This document shows positions 11,791-24,830 of a DNA stretch of 43,557 bases, one piece after another. Source of the stretch: Octopus bimaculoides. Its lineage: Eukaryota. Position 1 is the first letter of the stretch. Every line of letters starts with the position of its first letter. The stretch lies in NCBI RefSeq assembly GCF_001194135.2, contig NC_068986.1, forward strand, positions 41,509,402 through 41,552,958. The letters run 5' to 3'. The notes beneath the pieces are model-generated. The model was not told the DNA's origin. It did not search any database and saw only the letters and a program-made list of their open reading frames with translations. The translations under genes were made by a program, and so were the position numbers.

Positions 11791-12984
11791 ACTGTTATCT
11801 CTCAGCCATAATCTAGTTGATAATTTTTGATCTTTCGAAAAATACTTCTAATTTTGGATGGAACATTGTTTTCTTTTCCTTTTACGAAAACTTTCAAATT
11901 TAGCCCAAATACTCAGTATATTCACTCAGAATTTCATTTCCTTTTAACTGCAAAATGCAATTTTTATATACCAATTTGTTATGAGATGTCAAGTTTATTG
12001 AGGCAACATGACTTGCAGGAAATACAAGTTCTGTTTGTGGTAGATATTTAACGTGATTACTGGAATAACTACGTAATTCAATTGCACAACTAAATGGTTA
12101 CATTAATTCTAAGGTTTCTTTGGGATTCTTTTACTTAATATTCTACAAAACTAATTTAGATCCAAGTTTCTCAGCAATGTATCAAATTCGAATTTGAGCT
12201 TTGTGTGTTGGCGTAAAAGAAAGATAATAAAAATATTTCAAACTAATCCTTTCATTGCAAGAAGAAATGAATTCTACATTGCACACATCAACAAAATAAT
12301 CAATACCTTAGTGAGCTAGGGCAACAAAGTCCTTAAGTATAGACATGATGCAAGTGTTGTCTATAAAGAAAAGTGAAGGGAAAAAAACTGACTTGTCAAC
12401 ACCAATAGCTACCTTCAATTTATGATTTACAACAAAGTATTTTAATCAATGTACATTTAATGTCAGTTGAATTGTGCATCCATATAAAAGGAGAAAGTTT
12501 TAAAGTAAGGATCTCCTCACTGCATTGTATATTATCTTAATCCTACTTTATCACTAAATGATAAAGTTATGAAATGTCCACCTTTCTTCTAAATATCAGT
12601 TGAAACTACTTAAACATACCAAGTGTTCAGGCCAACTGTAACACACTATCAGTGAATTGTTAGATCACATTACTTAGCAAAATCTAGTGCCATTGTTAGG
12701 TTGTTATGTTTACAAGTGTTTACGATGATTTAAAAGCAAAACAAACCATAAAGTTTCTTTTCCAAAAGGAGAATTTGATGTTTTACAAAAAATATTCATG
12801 TTGTTTCAAGGTGAATTTATAAATAACTTTCACTATTTACAAATAAAACATTCTTCTTATATGTTTAGAATAAAATACAATAACATATATGAGATATCAG
12901 TCAGTAAAATCAGATTAATGCATCCTGATGATACATTTTAAAACCACATTTAATTTCCAATAGTATCAACATTATTCAACCATT

Positions 12985-13210
12985 CTTTTAGCATTCAGAT
13001 TACTCTGTCAAATGTAATGCTTATTTATTCACATCATTTTGAATTAATTATGCATTATCTTGTAACTCTGAGATTAGGATGATGTGTTTATTTCATTTCA
13101 GAATGACATTGTAGAGTAGGTGTGAGAGGTTAGATCTAGTTAGTTTTAACATAAGTAGGTAGAGGATTTGGGCCATATATGGTCAGTTCAAATGCTGAAG
13201 GGTCAAGTGT
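12985..13210. mobile_element. Non-autonomous DNA transposon/MITE (same family as 3862-4050; another terminus at ~15047-15075)
   Basis: CTTTTAGCATTCAGA...GTTCAAATGCTGAAGGGTCAA termini. Confidence 0.6.
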
Positions 13211-13574
13211 TAAGGATATAAATATCTTGGTGATATCAGTCAGGTGTCTTGTCTAGAGAGCATTTGCCAAAGTGCTTGTACTTCTGGAAAAACAAAAATC
13301 CTTATGAAAATCTTAAAACTGTACTTTTATCAGGTAAATTTGTGCCTTTTCCTCATGGTAGTGTTTCAAGGTCTCTATGGGGAAAATGTTTTGTTCCTAC
13401 CTTGGTTTATTCGATAAGTGAAACCTTCTATCGATACTTAGAGGAGGTTAATACGAGTTGAGAAGACCCCCCAGTCTTGTTAAGGATATGACAACCTCCA
13501 GTGTTGGTGTAATGGTTTATCTTTCTTCTTATCTATTCTCAGAATATTTTCTACAAAATAAAAATCTGAAATAA

Positions 13575-13790
13575 ATATTGGTTTCAAATTTTGGCACAAG
13601 GCCAGCGAGTTCAGGGCAAGTCAATAACACTTATCCCAGGGCTCAACTGGTACTTATTTTATCAACCCTGAAAAGATGAAAGGTAAAGTCAACCTTGGTG
13701 GAATTTGAGCTCAGAGTATAAAGACAGACGAAATGCCACTAAGCATTCTGCCCAGTATGTTAATTCTGCCAGCTCACCACTTTATTTCAC
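13575..13790 (+). mobile_element. SINE/interspersed repeat carrying a Nin/Deu-like core
   Basis: ACTGGTACTTATTTTATCAACCCTGAAAAGATGAAAGGTAAAGTCAACCTTGGTGGAATTTGAGCTCAG resembles the conserved SINE central domain (recalled, not searched). Confidence 0.6.
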
Positions 13791-14104
13791 TAAGAGAGTT
13801 TTCTTTAAGATATATTTTGTGGAAATGTACACACATCCTACCCATGTTAATTGAAAAATTAGTCATTCCACTTGAGGTCATCAAAATGTATGTGATATCA
13901 TTGAAACAAAAGACTTGCAGTGAGAAAATGAAGAGCTAAATGACTAACAAACTAAAAGAAAGCTTTTCTGGAACACTTCAAAAGCCTAAGTAGAGACAAA
14001 AAGGAAGAAGTTATAATATGCCATTAGACTGTGGTCATGCTGGGGCAGTCTTGAAAAGTTTTAGTTGAATTAATTAACTTCTGTACATTTTCATTTTTAA
14101 AACC

Positions 14105-14352
14105 TCATACTTATTTTATCAGTCTGTTTTGCCAAACCACCAAGTTATGGAGACAAACACACCAACACTGGTTGTCAAGCACTAGCAGGGGGATAAACAG
14201 ATACAAACACACACATATGTATAAACAACGGGCTTCTTTCAGTTTGTCTGCCAAATCCACTGATAAGGCTTTAGCCAGCCCAAGGTTATAGTAGAAAACG
14301 CTTGAACAAGGTGCCATGTGCTTGGGAAGCAAACTTCTTACCACACAGCCAC
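14105..14352 (+). mobile_element. SINE, abundant family, 3' two-thirds
   Basis: Aligns with 31890-32146 (CACCAACACTGGTTGTCAAGC...GGGCTTCTTTCAGTTT...CTTACCACACAGCCA). Confidence 0.75.
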
Positions 14353-17300
14353 AAACAGATTTGTAGAAAAAGGTAAAATTGAAAAAACAACTTTTAACCT
14401 TGATAAGTTCTTGGAAGTATAGAAGTATGCTTTGGTGGGAAAGTAACTAACAGATATGAAAGGTGTTTTACTTGCAAGCATGGCAGATAATTATCACAAG
14501 TGGAAAAGATGTGAAACTTAACTGGTGATAGGATTTTTCATTATTTTTGAAAAATGACCTCAAATTTATCCTCAGCTCGACACGTCACAAATTCATACAA
14601 CTAATGCATGAAATATAGTTTCATTTTCTAAAATACTTTTTTTCATAGACAACTAATTGCTTACATTTTTCAGAAAATTATGACATGAAAGAGACAAGAA
14701 CTTCATAATAAAAAGAAAAATTGTTGAGGGACAAAACACATCTGGATTACACAGACTTATGAGGCTCATAAAAGCAATGCAACAGAAAACAACAGTATTC
14801 TACTTTAGTAGCCAGTTGGTATATCTCAACTACCAAAACAATTCATCTTATCTGCTTAATTACAATAATATTTTTATCTAATAAATACCATGATACAATC
14901 AGCAGTGTCAATTACAAAACTGTCAAAAACTATCAAAGGTGACAAAATGAGGGTAAGTATGACATGGTAGTAGGGAACCAGACACACTTATCTCATAACC
15001 AGGAAGAAAGAAGAGCAATTTAATATGCCAGGGTTTCTTTATTTTATCCCTTTAGCATTTAAATCAGCCATATTTGGGCAAAATACTGGGTTTTTTTAAA
15101 ATTCAAACTGGCCAGATCTGTACAGTATTCAGTACATTCTACTCCACATTACTCCATCAGGTTTGAGAGTCCCAATATTCTCATATTAGACCTCACCATC
15201 GTTTGTTTGGTTTGATTCAGCTCATACCATTTTTTCATTCAACTGGTACTGTCCATACCTTTGTTGTTAGAATTTCTATATATATCAGTTTAATATTTGT
15301 GTAATGTGACCAATTTTGTAGAATTCAAACACTATATTGTGACTGCAAATAAGGAACAATATTCTCTAGTCAACTTAGAGAATCAGGTTGAAACTGAGAT
15401 TTTCAAGGGGTTAATATTAAGAAGGATAACTAATTGTAAAAATACTGAGGTAAATCCTCTTGTCTGCCACATTTAGTAATCCTTAATAGAGAAATAAGGA
15501 TGTTATAAAAAATCTTTTGTGAAATTAGTTAAAAAGAAATTAAAAAATAACAGCTTAATTAATAATGTCCTCTCTCTCTCTCTACTCTTGTGTTCCAATA
15601 ACATTAAATTGCATCAAACACCTTAGAATGTTTTTCACAAATTTGAATTGCTCTAATTAAAGATACATCAACCTGATAGAAAAATAGAACCTTGTTAGAC
15701 TGATACAATTAACAGATGAGTGAATTTCACGAATGATATCACAGTGGCACATTTATCTGTTTGTCACCATCACAATGTAGTGATGATAAACAGATTAAAA
15801 TAAATGAAAAGTGCTTTCCAGAGGAAAATATCAATAGCTACAGAAATAACAAAGATGTCTTAATGAAGGTTATCATTTCTCCAAATAAAGTTTAATAAAA
15901 AAAACATCACTAATAGATTAATTCCTACTTCATTTGTCTCTGCTAAAAACACAAAAAAGAATTAGATATTCTACATACACACACACGCATACATATATAC
16001 GTATGTATATATTCTTTTACATTTATACAACAGATATATTCAGTTTTGTTACAACTGTTGGAATGGTCAATTTATATATTTAGCTTTTATACTCCACAAC
16101 AATACAGAAGTACTAAATGACCAGCAGCATACTGATTTCCATTAGTGATGGTGACTAGATGGTCAATCAGCCGGCCAGTTACAGTTAAAGTATTCTATAT
16201 CCACTATGGCACAGTGGAGGTGGTGTGTAAGTATTGTAACAGAGGCTTGGTTGAATTTTAATCACTCGTTTGCTTAATACATTCAAATAACATTTACGAC
16301 ATATCTTTCAAAGAAATGTAAGGATACAGAAGATGAAACTGGCAGTAAAGAACAAGCCACACAAGATAATTTAGGATAGAATTTAGAAGTGTTTTTAGGG
16401 TTCACAAAGGTAAGATAGTCAACTGGAGATCCACAACTGTATTTTGGGGGTACATAAAACAGAACTTGCTACAGATAAATGTTTCAAGAAACAACGATGT
16501 ATCTTTCTCTAACACTTAACAATTCAACACGTTTCTGGCAAATGAAGCATTCTAACCTACATGAGTGAAAAACAAAATCGAAATTTTGAAAGAAGGCTCT
16601 AAAACTAGCTTTTAAACATTGAATGGCTATAGGGGCCCATCATAGAACAGCAGTACTCAAAGGGGTTCATAAGTGATTTAGAACATCAATATTTGGGAGT
16701 TTAAATCAAGCCAAGCTAAATTCTTCTGTGTACATTGTTAAAATTAAATAATTTATAATAACTAATCATTTCTAAATCAAACAGCAATCATATACAAGTC
16801 TTTGAAAATTAGCTTAATGCTTGGCAAGGAAATTTCTCTTGAAGAATGGACAGTTGTGTGGATAAACGGTGAATCACAAAATGAAACTTCACATTTCTTT
16901 GAAATAGGCCTTACAATGTTACGGAGAACAAGTCATTAAATTCTACTGAACAGAATTAATTATTTCTCTGATTTCTCATTATTTTCTCCCAACCTGTTTG
17001 AAATTATAACATTGCAAGTATTGCATCATCATTCTGTACTGTTGCAACATCTTTAGAAGCAAAAATTGGTCAGTATAGTTGTTGCTGAACTTGAGAGAGA
17101 GTTTGGAACATAGTCTGGTACTTATCTTTCAAGAATTTTTGCTTCAACTTTGACTCAATTGTAATTGAGAATGCTAATAAAATATCTGGATAATTTTTGA
17201 TGCTTAACAATCAATATTTATGTCTGTTCGATTCCGAGTCAATTTTTTCCCCACACTAACGTTGAATTTGATTATTTTCAATTAAAAAAAGCTTAAAATG

Positions 17301-17559
17301 GGGGTAAAATGAGTAATGACTAATCTAGATTTCTCTTTAAATACATGGTGTGTATATATTGGAAAGCAAGCCACACTTGCAGATCAAGAGATTATTTTGT
17401 ATTGAGTTTTTAGATTTAACTAAGTTTCGTTGATTTCATATCATATCCCATTTTTCCACGATCCTCTTTCATTTGACTTACATATTTAAAATTTTTGCTG
17501 CATTTCTTATGTCTAAATATGGGTATTGATATGCCTTCAAATGTAATGCTGGTAAATTG

Positions 17560-19067
17560 AAGTAAAATCGGCTTACTCATTTTGCCCCGAACAAATTTGT
17601 CTTTTATATGCTCAGAGAGAACGGTGATAATTGTCTGAAATAGTGTCCAGAATATGTTATAGTGTTATTGGCGGAGGTAAAAAATACGCACAACACCCGT
17701 TTTCGATGTAACACTAACCCTAAATGCCGGGTGTGCATATTCTTTACCTTCGCCAAAAAAAAGTTTAAAATGCTCTAATAATTCTTCATTGTGCCCCATC
17801 CCGCTATATATTTTGCTTGTTTTCTTCACCCAGTGAATGAATAGCATTCCTTCGAACAATTATGGATTCAATCATTTAAGGAAATATGGTTGGAAGTGGT
17901 CGTGGGGTAGTTTATGAATAAAATATACTTTGCAAATAAATTCTAACTTGAAAACATTACGGAAGTTTTATTTATCAAAATTGATTCACACGCAATACCT
18001 TCCTCGTATTTCAGCATAATTGATCTTTAAGAGTGTTTTCACTGGGTACAAGGCACAACGGGATAAAAGAAAATAATCGTTTTTAGAAGCAGCAGTTCTA
18101 GATTTAGACTTTGAAAATAGTAAAATCCATCTTCAAATAACATATACGAAAAGTTTAACTTTCACAATTGAAAAATAAAAACAGCCAAAAAAAAAAAAAA
18201 GAACCAAACTAACACTCCCAATTAATCTAAAAATACACTTGGTATATAACAAAAGTTATTTTACTCAGAGAAGTTATTTTACCTTAATGCGATTGATAAG
18301 GAAACACTCTANNNNNNNNNNNNNNNNNNNNNNNNNNNNAAAAAAAAAAAAAAAAAAAAAATTATTAACCAAACGAAATATCGAAACTGAAAAATATTAC
18401 TTCGCCCCTAAGTGTAGTGTTTTTTTAATATAACTAGTTTAACGAGGGCATATTTGTCTAAAGAACTTTTATCAGAAAGGTATGTAAGGGATAGATAACA
18501 CGGAACTTATGCATTTACGAAACATCTTGTGTGTGTGTATATATATATATTTATAAAGGGCATTACTACAAAATAATGCCACACTCTAGACTTCCCAAAT
18601 AAACACATTAAAAAAAAAAAGTTTTTTTTATTTTTTGAGGGTTGCTTTTCCTCGCATTCGGTACTAAAATGTGTTTATTTGGGAAGTCTTGTGTGTGGCA
18701 TTATTCTGTAGTAATGCCCGTATATAAATATAAACGAATTGTTGGGAATAGAAATTTCCCTTATGAATTTTTTTGCACACTAGCTTCCTGATAAAATTCT
18801 TGTAAAAGATTTTTATCCTATTATTGAATTTATATATATATATACACAGGTGAGTGATAAATACATACTACCTAACATCCGTAATACGGCATAATCTCAA
18901 GGCGGTATTAGAGCATTGCTGTGTATCTATCTATCTACCTCTCTCTATATATATATTACGAAGTGTTTCTTATCCATTTTCTTAAATTATGGAATACGTC
19001 AAGCGATCGAGTAGAAAAAGTGCATGTTTGCAAGAGCGTATGCTTCTGTGAAAGTATGTGTACGTGT

Positions 19068-19109
<42 letters not shown>

Positions 19110-20437
19110 TATAGTCCTCCTTCGAACCCACAAGAATTAACAAGTGAGACAGAGACAGGCAGAAGCAAGAAAAATGCCGCTGTTACTTGAATACTATACA
19201 AATATGTCTTTTTAAAAAGACTTTTCTTTTAAATTTACCAAAAGTTAATTTTTCAAAAATCTATTACTCATATTTACTGTTGAAAAGATCTCAAGGATCG
19301 AAACCGGTTCTGTAATGTTCTTTATAAAAGTATTTTAGCATTTTCTTTGTCTTTTTTCCATATATATATACTCGTGTGTTCCTCTTCAACCTTTTACACA
19401 CACATATATATTTATTTATTTATGTTTGTGTGTTTGCAAACTAAAAGCTAAGCGGCTTCGACTCTTCAACACTGGATAGTTTTACCAATAATAATAATAA
19501 AATCCAAGGAAAGCGAGATAGTCACTTTCCATTTTTCTTAAACTGCGCAGTCTACGATACATTAAATATGATATAAATAAATCAAAAGCGACCAAAATCT
19601 ATCTCGAGCACAATACAAGTTAAAGAAATTAAACTAAAAGACGGCCAAATTCCGAAGTAAAAATATTCGGGAAGAAAAAATTTTTTTATAAAGATTTTGT
19701 GCAGGCGACAATTTAAATGGCGACTGAGATCGGATGAGAGAGGGAAAACACGGAGAAGGGGAGGAGGCGAAGTAAAGATAAATACATAATCAAGACCAAC
19801 GTCGATAAACTAACCAAAAAATATTTATATGAGTAAAATCGAAGGTAAATAAAAGGAAAATTATACGAAAAAACAAAAAACAAAAACAATAGGTCGTCTA
19901 AGAAATTCGAAGAGAAAAGTAGCGAGATTAATATGCATGGAAGGAAGTAAGCCATTGTTACGAGATTATTTTTTTTCCCAAGTCCAACGTACGCAGTTCC
20001 TTCGAAAAGCTTATTGAGGTCAAGCCTACGACGACAAATGAGTAATGTTATTATTGGATTGGGTGAAAGGGAAAGTGCAAACAAAATAGTCTAAACAACA
20101 ACTACTATATATCATTACACACACACACACGTAGTCTGCATATCTAATAGACGGAAGATACAAAGTGACTCAAGGTTCGAGAGTTTCGAACATGGCACTG
20201 ACAAATGCTATACTCCTGGCCAGAGTCATGTTGTAACTTCTGTCGTTTAAAAATAAAAATAATGTATGTATGTATGTATCTATACGTACTCATGCTTTAA
20301 GTTCCATTTATCCAGTTTGATCTACCAACCCTATATGGCCACGAAAGTTTAAGTCATATGAAGCTGAGTCAAGTTATTAAAATAATAGAACATAATTCCT
20401 ACCAAATGTGTAGAGAATAATTTTCTTTCTTTTATCC

Positions 20438-20491
<54 letters not shown>

Positions 20492-21000
20492 GTGGACAAA
20501 AGAAAGAAAATGATTCAAAGACACACACACAAATAAAATGATGGCTGCTACTACTATTAACAGCCGTATGGTAAAAAAATGAAGTTTTTCAAAAAGTGAA
20601 AATGAGTAAAACAGAATCCATTGTGGGGGTATACATATATATGAATCGGCAAGTGTGTCAGTATGTATAAGTAAGGGAATACAAACAAGTGGACTGGGGT
20701 AAAAAGAAAAAAAAAACGAGTTAAAACAATAACGGAAGTTAACTCGCAAAGGACACAAACAACAAGGGTGAGTGTGTGTGTGTGTGTATATATATACAAG
20801 CATGCACACACACACACACATAAATAAATATTGTGCATTACAGAATGCGTCACGCTTATTCTGCCCGAGAATCACGTTATGGGGGACACGTGTCTCGAAT
20901 GCTCAGACATTTACACGCAACTACAATAAACAAGAAATTCATGAATCCTCTGTGGTTTAAGTGCACTTCCCTAGCAAGTGGTTTTGCGTTCAGTTTCCAT
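17560..21000. promoter_or_regulatory. Internal CpG-retaining, promoter-like island
   Basis: CpG visibly more frequent than in 2.5-17.5 kb or 22-31.7 kb (not counted); YY1-type AAATGGCG at 19715-19722; E-box palindrome GACACGTGTC near 20885; splice donors on both strands. Confidence 0.45.
18461..18801. mobile_element. MITE-like nested inverted repeat
   Basis: 52-bp arms 18558-18609 and 18668-18719 (3 mismatches); outer AAGAACTTTTATCAGAAAG / CTTCCTGATAAAATTCTT. Confidence 0.75.
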
Positions 21001-21137
21001 TGCGTGGGACCTTGGGCAAATGCATTCTAAGAAAGTCAAATCCTAGCAAGTGGAGTACTTAGGTAGAAACTCAAAGATGGCCTTTATACATACATACATA
21101 TATATATACACACACACATATACATATATATACATAC

Positions 21138-21174
<37 letters not shown>

Positions 21175-21315
21175 TATATATACATACATATATATATACA
21201 CACACACATATATATACACACACATATATACATACACATATATATATACATTTATAGTTTGCAGAAATACATAAATCCGGAGGAGGAGCATGCTCTAAGA
21301 TGTAGAGTAGTTAAC

Positions 21316-21483
21316 ATTATAGTGGTTAGGCCGGTTTATGGGGTTAACCTGAGTTTCTCGTTCATAAGGAGCTTAGTCTTAAGGCGTATTCAGACTTGTC
21401 TGAAGATACGCTGTAAGGCTGCTAAACCCCTTATGAGTGAGATACCCAGGGTAACCCCATAAACCGGCCTACCCCACTATAAT
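21316..21483. repeat. Long GC-richer palindrome (~80-bp arms, tiny loop), MITE-like
   Basis: TAGGCCGGTTTATGGGGTTA...TTCAGAC TT GTCTGAA...TAACCCCATAAACCGGCCTA. Confidence 0.85.
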
Positions 21484-21519
21484 ATATATATATGTATCGG
21501 TCAGTAGTTTATGTATCCG

Positions 21520-21910
21520 GAAAAGCAGCACACTCCGGCCATTTGAGTCTGACGAGTCATCTACACAGCTAAGCGCTTTATTGACGCGAAACCAATGGTC
21601 ACTCTCTGACCAGCCATAACAAACAACCTTCTAATCATCATCATTTAATGCTTGTTTCCATATTGGTATGGGTTGAATGGTTTGAGAGAGGAGATACCCA
21701 GGCTCCATTTGTCTGTTTTGGCATGGTTTCTACGGGTGGATGCCCTTCCTAACACCAACCAATTTACTGAGTGTGGTGGGTGCTTTTTGTGTGACATCAG
21801 CATGTCTGCTTTTATATGGCGTCAACATGACTGCGTTTTACGTGGCGTCAACATGACTGCGTTTTACGTGGCGTCAACATGACTGCGTTTTACGTGACGC
21901 CAGCACGTAA
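21520..21910 (-). mobile_element. SINE with RTE-derived tail, containing a 26-bp tandem repeat (21810-21897, 3 copies plus a partial)
   Basis: ATCATCATCATTTAATG...GGATGCCCTTCCTAAC tail in reverse; unit TTTACGTGGCGTCAACATGACTGCGT. Confidence 0.7.
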
Positions 21911-22659
21911 ACATATCTAAATATGTGTGTTTCTCATGTGGAAATATTACCTTGAGGAATAGTTGCCTGTTGGCGACAGGAAGTGCTTCCAAAACCTGCC
22001 TCAATGAATTTTGTCTGACCATTAAACTGATGATCATAAACAAAGGAATAGTTTTGTGCAAGCTCGTTCACAACTGTGGACAAGCAACTTACAAATGAAT
22101 TTAGGTGACAGAAGCTGTGTGAGAACACACAACCACATCTTTGTGTTTGTCTCCTCAACCACTAGACAACTGGCATTGGTTTGTTTATGTGCCAGTGATT
22201 TAGGGGCCAACAAAATAAGTATCAGGTGTGAAATAAGTACTGGTATTTGGGTTGCTTACCCCATCATAGACACATGAAACAAACAAAAAATGTGTGTGTG
22301 TGTGTGTGTGTGTACACACACACACACACGCAAACAATCTAAAAGAAATATATAATGTGAACATTTAAATTTGCAAAACTCGAGTTTTGTATCTAGTAAA
22401 ATTAATCAGTAAGATAATTTATTGCAGTTTTGCAAAGAGTTGTACTTGAGTTTATGTGTTGAAACTGAAATGGTTATATTGTCTGCAAGAACTTTTCAAT
22501 ACTGAACAAAGCTGCTAAATTCATTTTGAATTTCATTTTATTTCACAAGATGTCAAGATTATCATCATATAATTGTGACCTGGACCAAGTATGGTAGCAA
22601 AAATAAAAAGGGCTGCACAAAGTTCAGGGAATTTAACTTTGTTGGTAACAATGGGTTTA

Positions 22660-23050
22660 CTCTTCAAAAGTCAGGGGCAGATTGTATGATGTTTGTGTGC
22701 GAAGTGTGCTGCTTCAAGACAGCAAGATGTGGGCCTTGAGAGTGGAAGACTGTGAAGACTAAAAGGAAATGAGGTGAGCATGCTTCACTAGATGTGCAGT
22801 GTTAGAGTGCATCAATGATAAAGTGTAAATGAACTGAGATAAAACTGGGTACAAGAGGAATCAGATGTAGTGTGCAAGGGAGCAGAAGGCACTGATATGA
22901 GCATGTGATACAAATAAAGGATGACAACTAGCACTCAAAGTGAATGGTACCTAAAGAAGGAGACCAAAGACGACTTGGATGCGGTGCTGAAAAATGATCT
23001 CAAGATGTTACATCTGATGAAAGAGTCCTTCAAACACAAACAGTACAATA
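22660..23050 (+). mobile_element. RTE LINE 3' ORF2 remnant
   Basis: GRLYDVCVRSVLLQDSKMWAL matches the RTE (K)GRLY.ACVRSV.LYGSETWAL motif; decayed downstream. Confidence 0.7.
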
Positions 23051-23352
23051 GCCAGACAAGTTTATGAGAGACTGCAAACAAATAATACTGCTACTAAGAT
23101 GATAAAAGTAGCTTATAATTTGTATGTCTCAAATCAAAGACACATGAACAAACACGTACACAATGAACTCCTTTCAGTTTCCTTCAACCAAATCCATTTA
23201 AAAGACTTTGGTCTGTCTGAAACTATAGGAGAAAACACTTGCCCAAGATGCTGTACAGTGGGACAGACCCCCAAATCAAGTGGTTATGAGGTGAATTTAT
23301 CTGCATATGAATGACTGCATCAGAACATGTATGTACATATGTATATGTACAG

Positions 23353-23394
<42 letters not shown>

Positions 23395-23932
23395 TAACGT
23401 CACAGTACATGAGTTAAAACACTACTAATAGTTTCACAAGTTGACAGAACTCAAACATATTCTTCAGGTGCAAACCACATATCATAACAAACTAAAGAAA
23501 TTGAATAATAGAAGAAATGTGAAATAAACTGAGAAGGCAGCATATAGAAAACGCAGGCTGTAAACAATGGAAAACAGTTACTAAAATGTCAAAAATAAAA
23601 TGTAAAAGGTAAAAAGATAAAAGAGCTATCCTTCCTTAGACCCTAAAATGATAAAACTGGAAAGATACCAAGTCAGTCAGGAATATGCAGACTTTTCCAA
23701 TTCTTCAGAATATATTTATACATATGCATGCAACCACTGAAAATTTCTGACCTGGAGTTCAATAGAGAGTTAGGGATCCTAGATCTAAACAGGATCTGCA
23801 CTCTTTCAGCCAAACATATACACACAGGGTGCATCAGATACTTGAGAACTAAACTTAAAAATCGTAAGTAGCTCAAACTTTAAGTATCTTTCTCATTTTC
23901 CAATCCCAACATGAAAGCTTTGAATCTAACAG

Positions 23933-24830
23933 ATGAAGAAAATGAAAGCCATTATCATCACATTAACGGCAGCCAACCACAGTGATTCTGAGACTACTCC
24001 TTTCTTAAATGGCACCAGGTCCTTTATGTTTAAAATCAGAAAAGATTTCCCGGCCTCAAGCAGGTATGTGTCTTACATGGCCAAAAGGAAAAAAAATCCT
24101 CAACAATCAGACACTGACAGAAAAGCTAAGTTTGTCTGGCAAGTTCAGAGCATCATCAATAAAAATCTTGGCAGGTCAGTGAGGGCCATTGCTAATCATC
24201 CTTTCCCTGCAAAATCTTAGGATCAATGTGGCAGCAAACATTGAGACAGTGAAGATGGTTGTCAATCCCTGGATAGAGAGAGTTGCTCAGGCAAGGTCAT
24301 GTATTCCAGCAAGAGACTGCTCCTTGTCACACAGCCTAGATGAGTCAAGAGTGGAAAGCTGATGAGACATGGTGCATAAAGACATCAGGTACAAATTCTT
24401 TGATATGAGATAAGAGCAGTTTCTGTCTGATAAGATCAGAGAGAACTGTGTGATCTAGTTAAAGTGCATCCTGAATAATCTCAAGCTCTCTGAGTCTCAG
24501 ATGAGAAGAATTTTGTCTATAATAATAAAAAAAAAAAAAAAAAAAAAAAGAAGGATCCCAAGACTTCCATGCGAAGTCTTGGGATCAATGTGGTAGCAAA
24601 CATCAAGACAATGGGGATGGTTGTCAATCCCTGGATAGAGAGATTTGCTCAGGGGAGGCCATATGTGTTCCAGCAAGAGACTGCTCCCTGTCACAGCCTA
24701 GATGAGTCAAGAGTGGAAGGCTGAACATTTTTACAATCATGTTACTCCTAACATTGGGGTAGCTCTCATGATTCAAACCACCTGGACAACTACATCTGGG
24801 GCAGTAATGAGAGGGAGACCAACCATAACT
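23933..24830 (+). mobile_element. Tc1/mariner (maT/DD37D-like) transposase pseudogene, internally deleted, with a duplicated catalytic segment
   Basis: ORF 23933-24220 gives an HTH-like N-terminus (AIIITLTAANHSDSE...KRKK..QSDT). 24222-24360 and 24582-24720 are near-duplicates encoding VVNPWIE.VAQGRPYVFQQETAPCHSL; followed by a PPSSPDLNPLDY.IWG-like remnant. Confidence 0.8.

Noticed and set aside
16110-16228. Plus-strand segment with donor GTGT|GTAAGT
   Set aside because: Stops in all three frames and a weak acceptor; no supporting neighbour exons.
17665-17859. 64-aa minus-strand ORF
   Set aside because: No recognisable motif; more likely non-coding sequence in the promoter island.
19713-20084. 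123-aa hydrophobic minus-strand ORF
   Set aside because: F/L/S richness comes from U-rich UTR/promoter-like sequence; no recognisable domain.
20165-20235. GGTTCGAG B-box-like motif with small hairpins, possible tRNA
   Set aside because: No A box, acceptor stem or anticodon arm could be built.
20432-21291. YI/CV/HT-rich ORFs (also at 26.2, 32.0-32.7, 34.1 and 37.7-38.6 kb)
   Set aside because: Translations of (TA)n, (CA)n and (TG)n microsatellites.
21810-21897. 26-bp tandem units as a possible CRISPR-like array
   Set aside because: No spacers; a simple tandem expansion inside a SINE in a eukaryotic genome.
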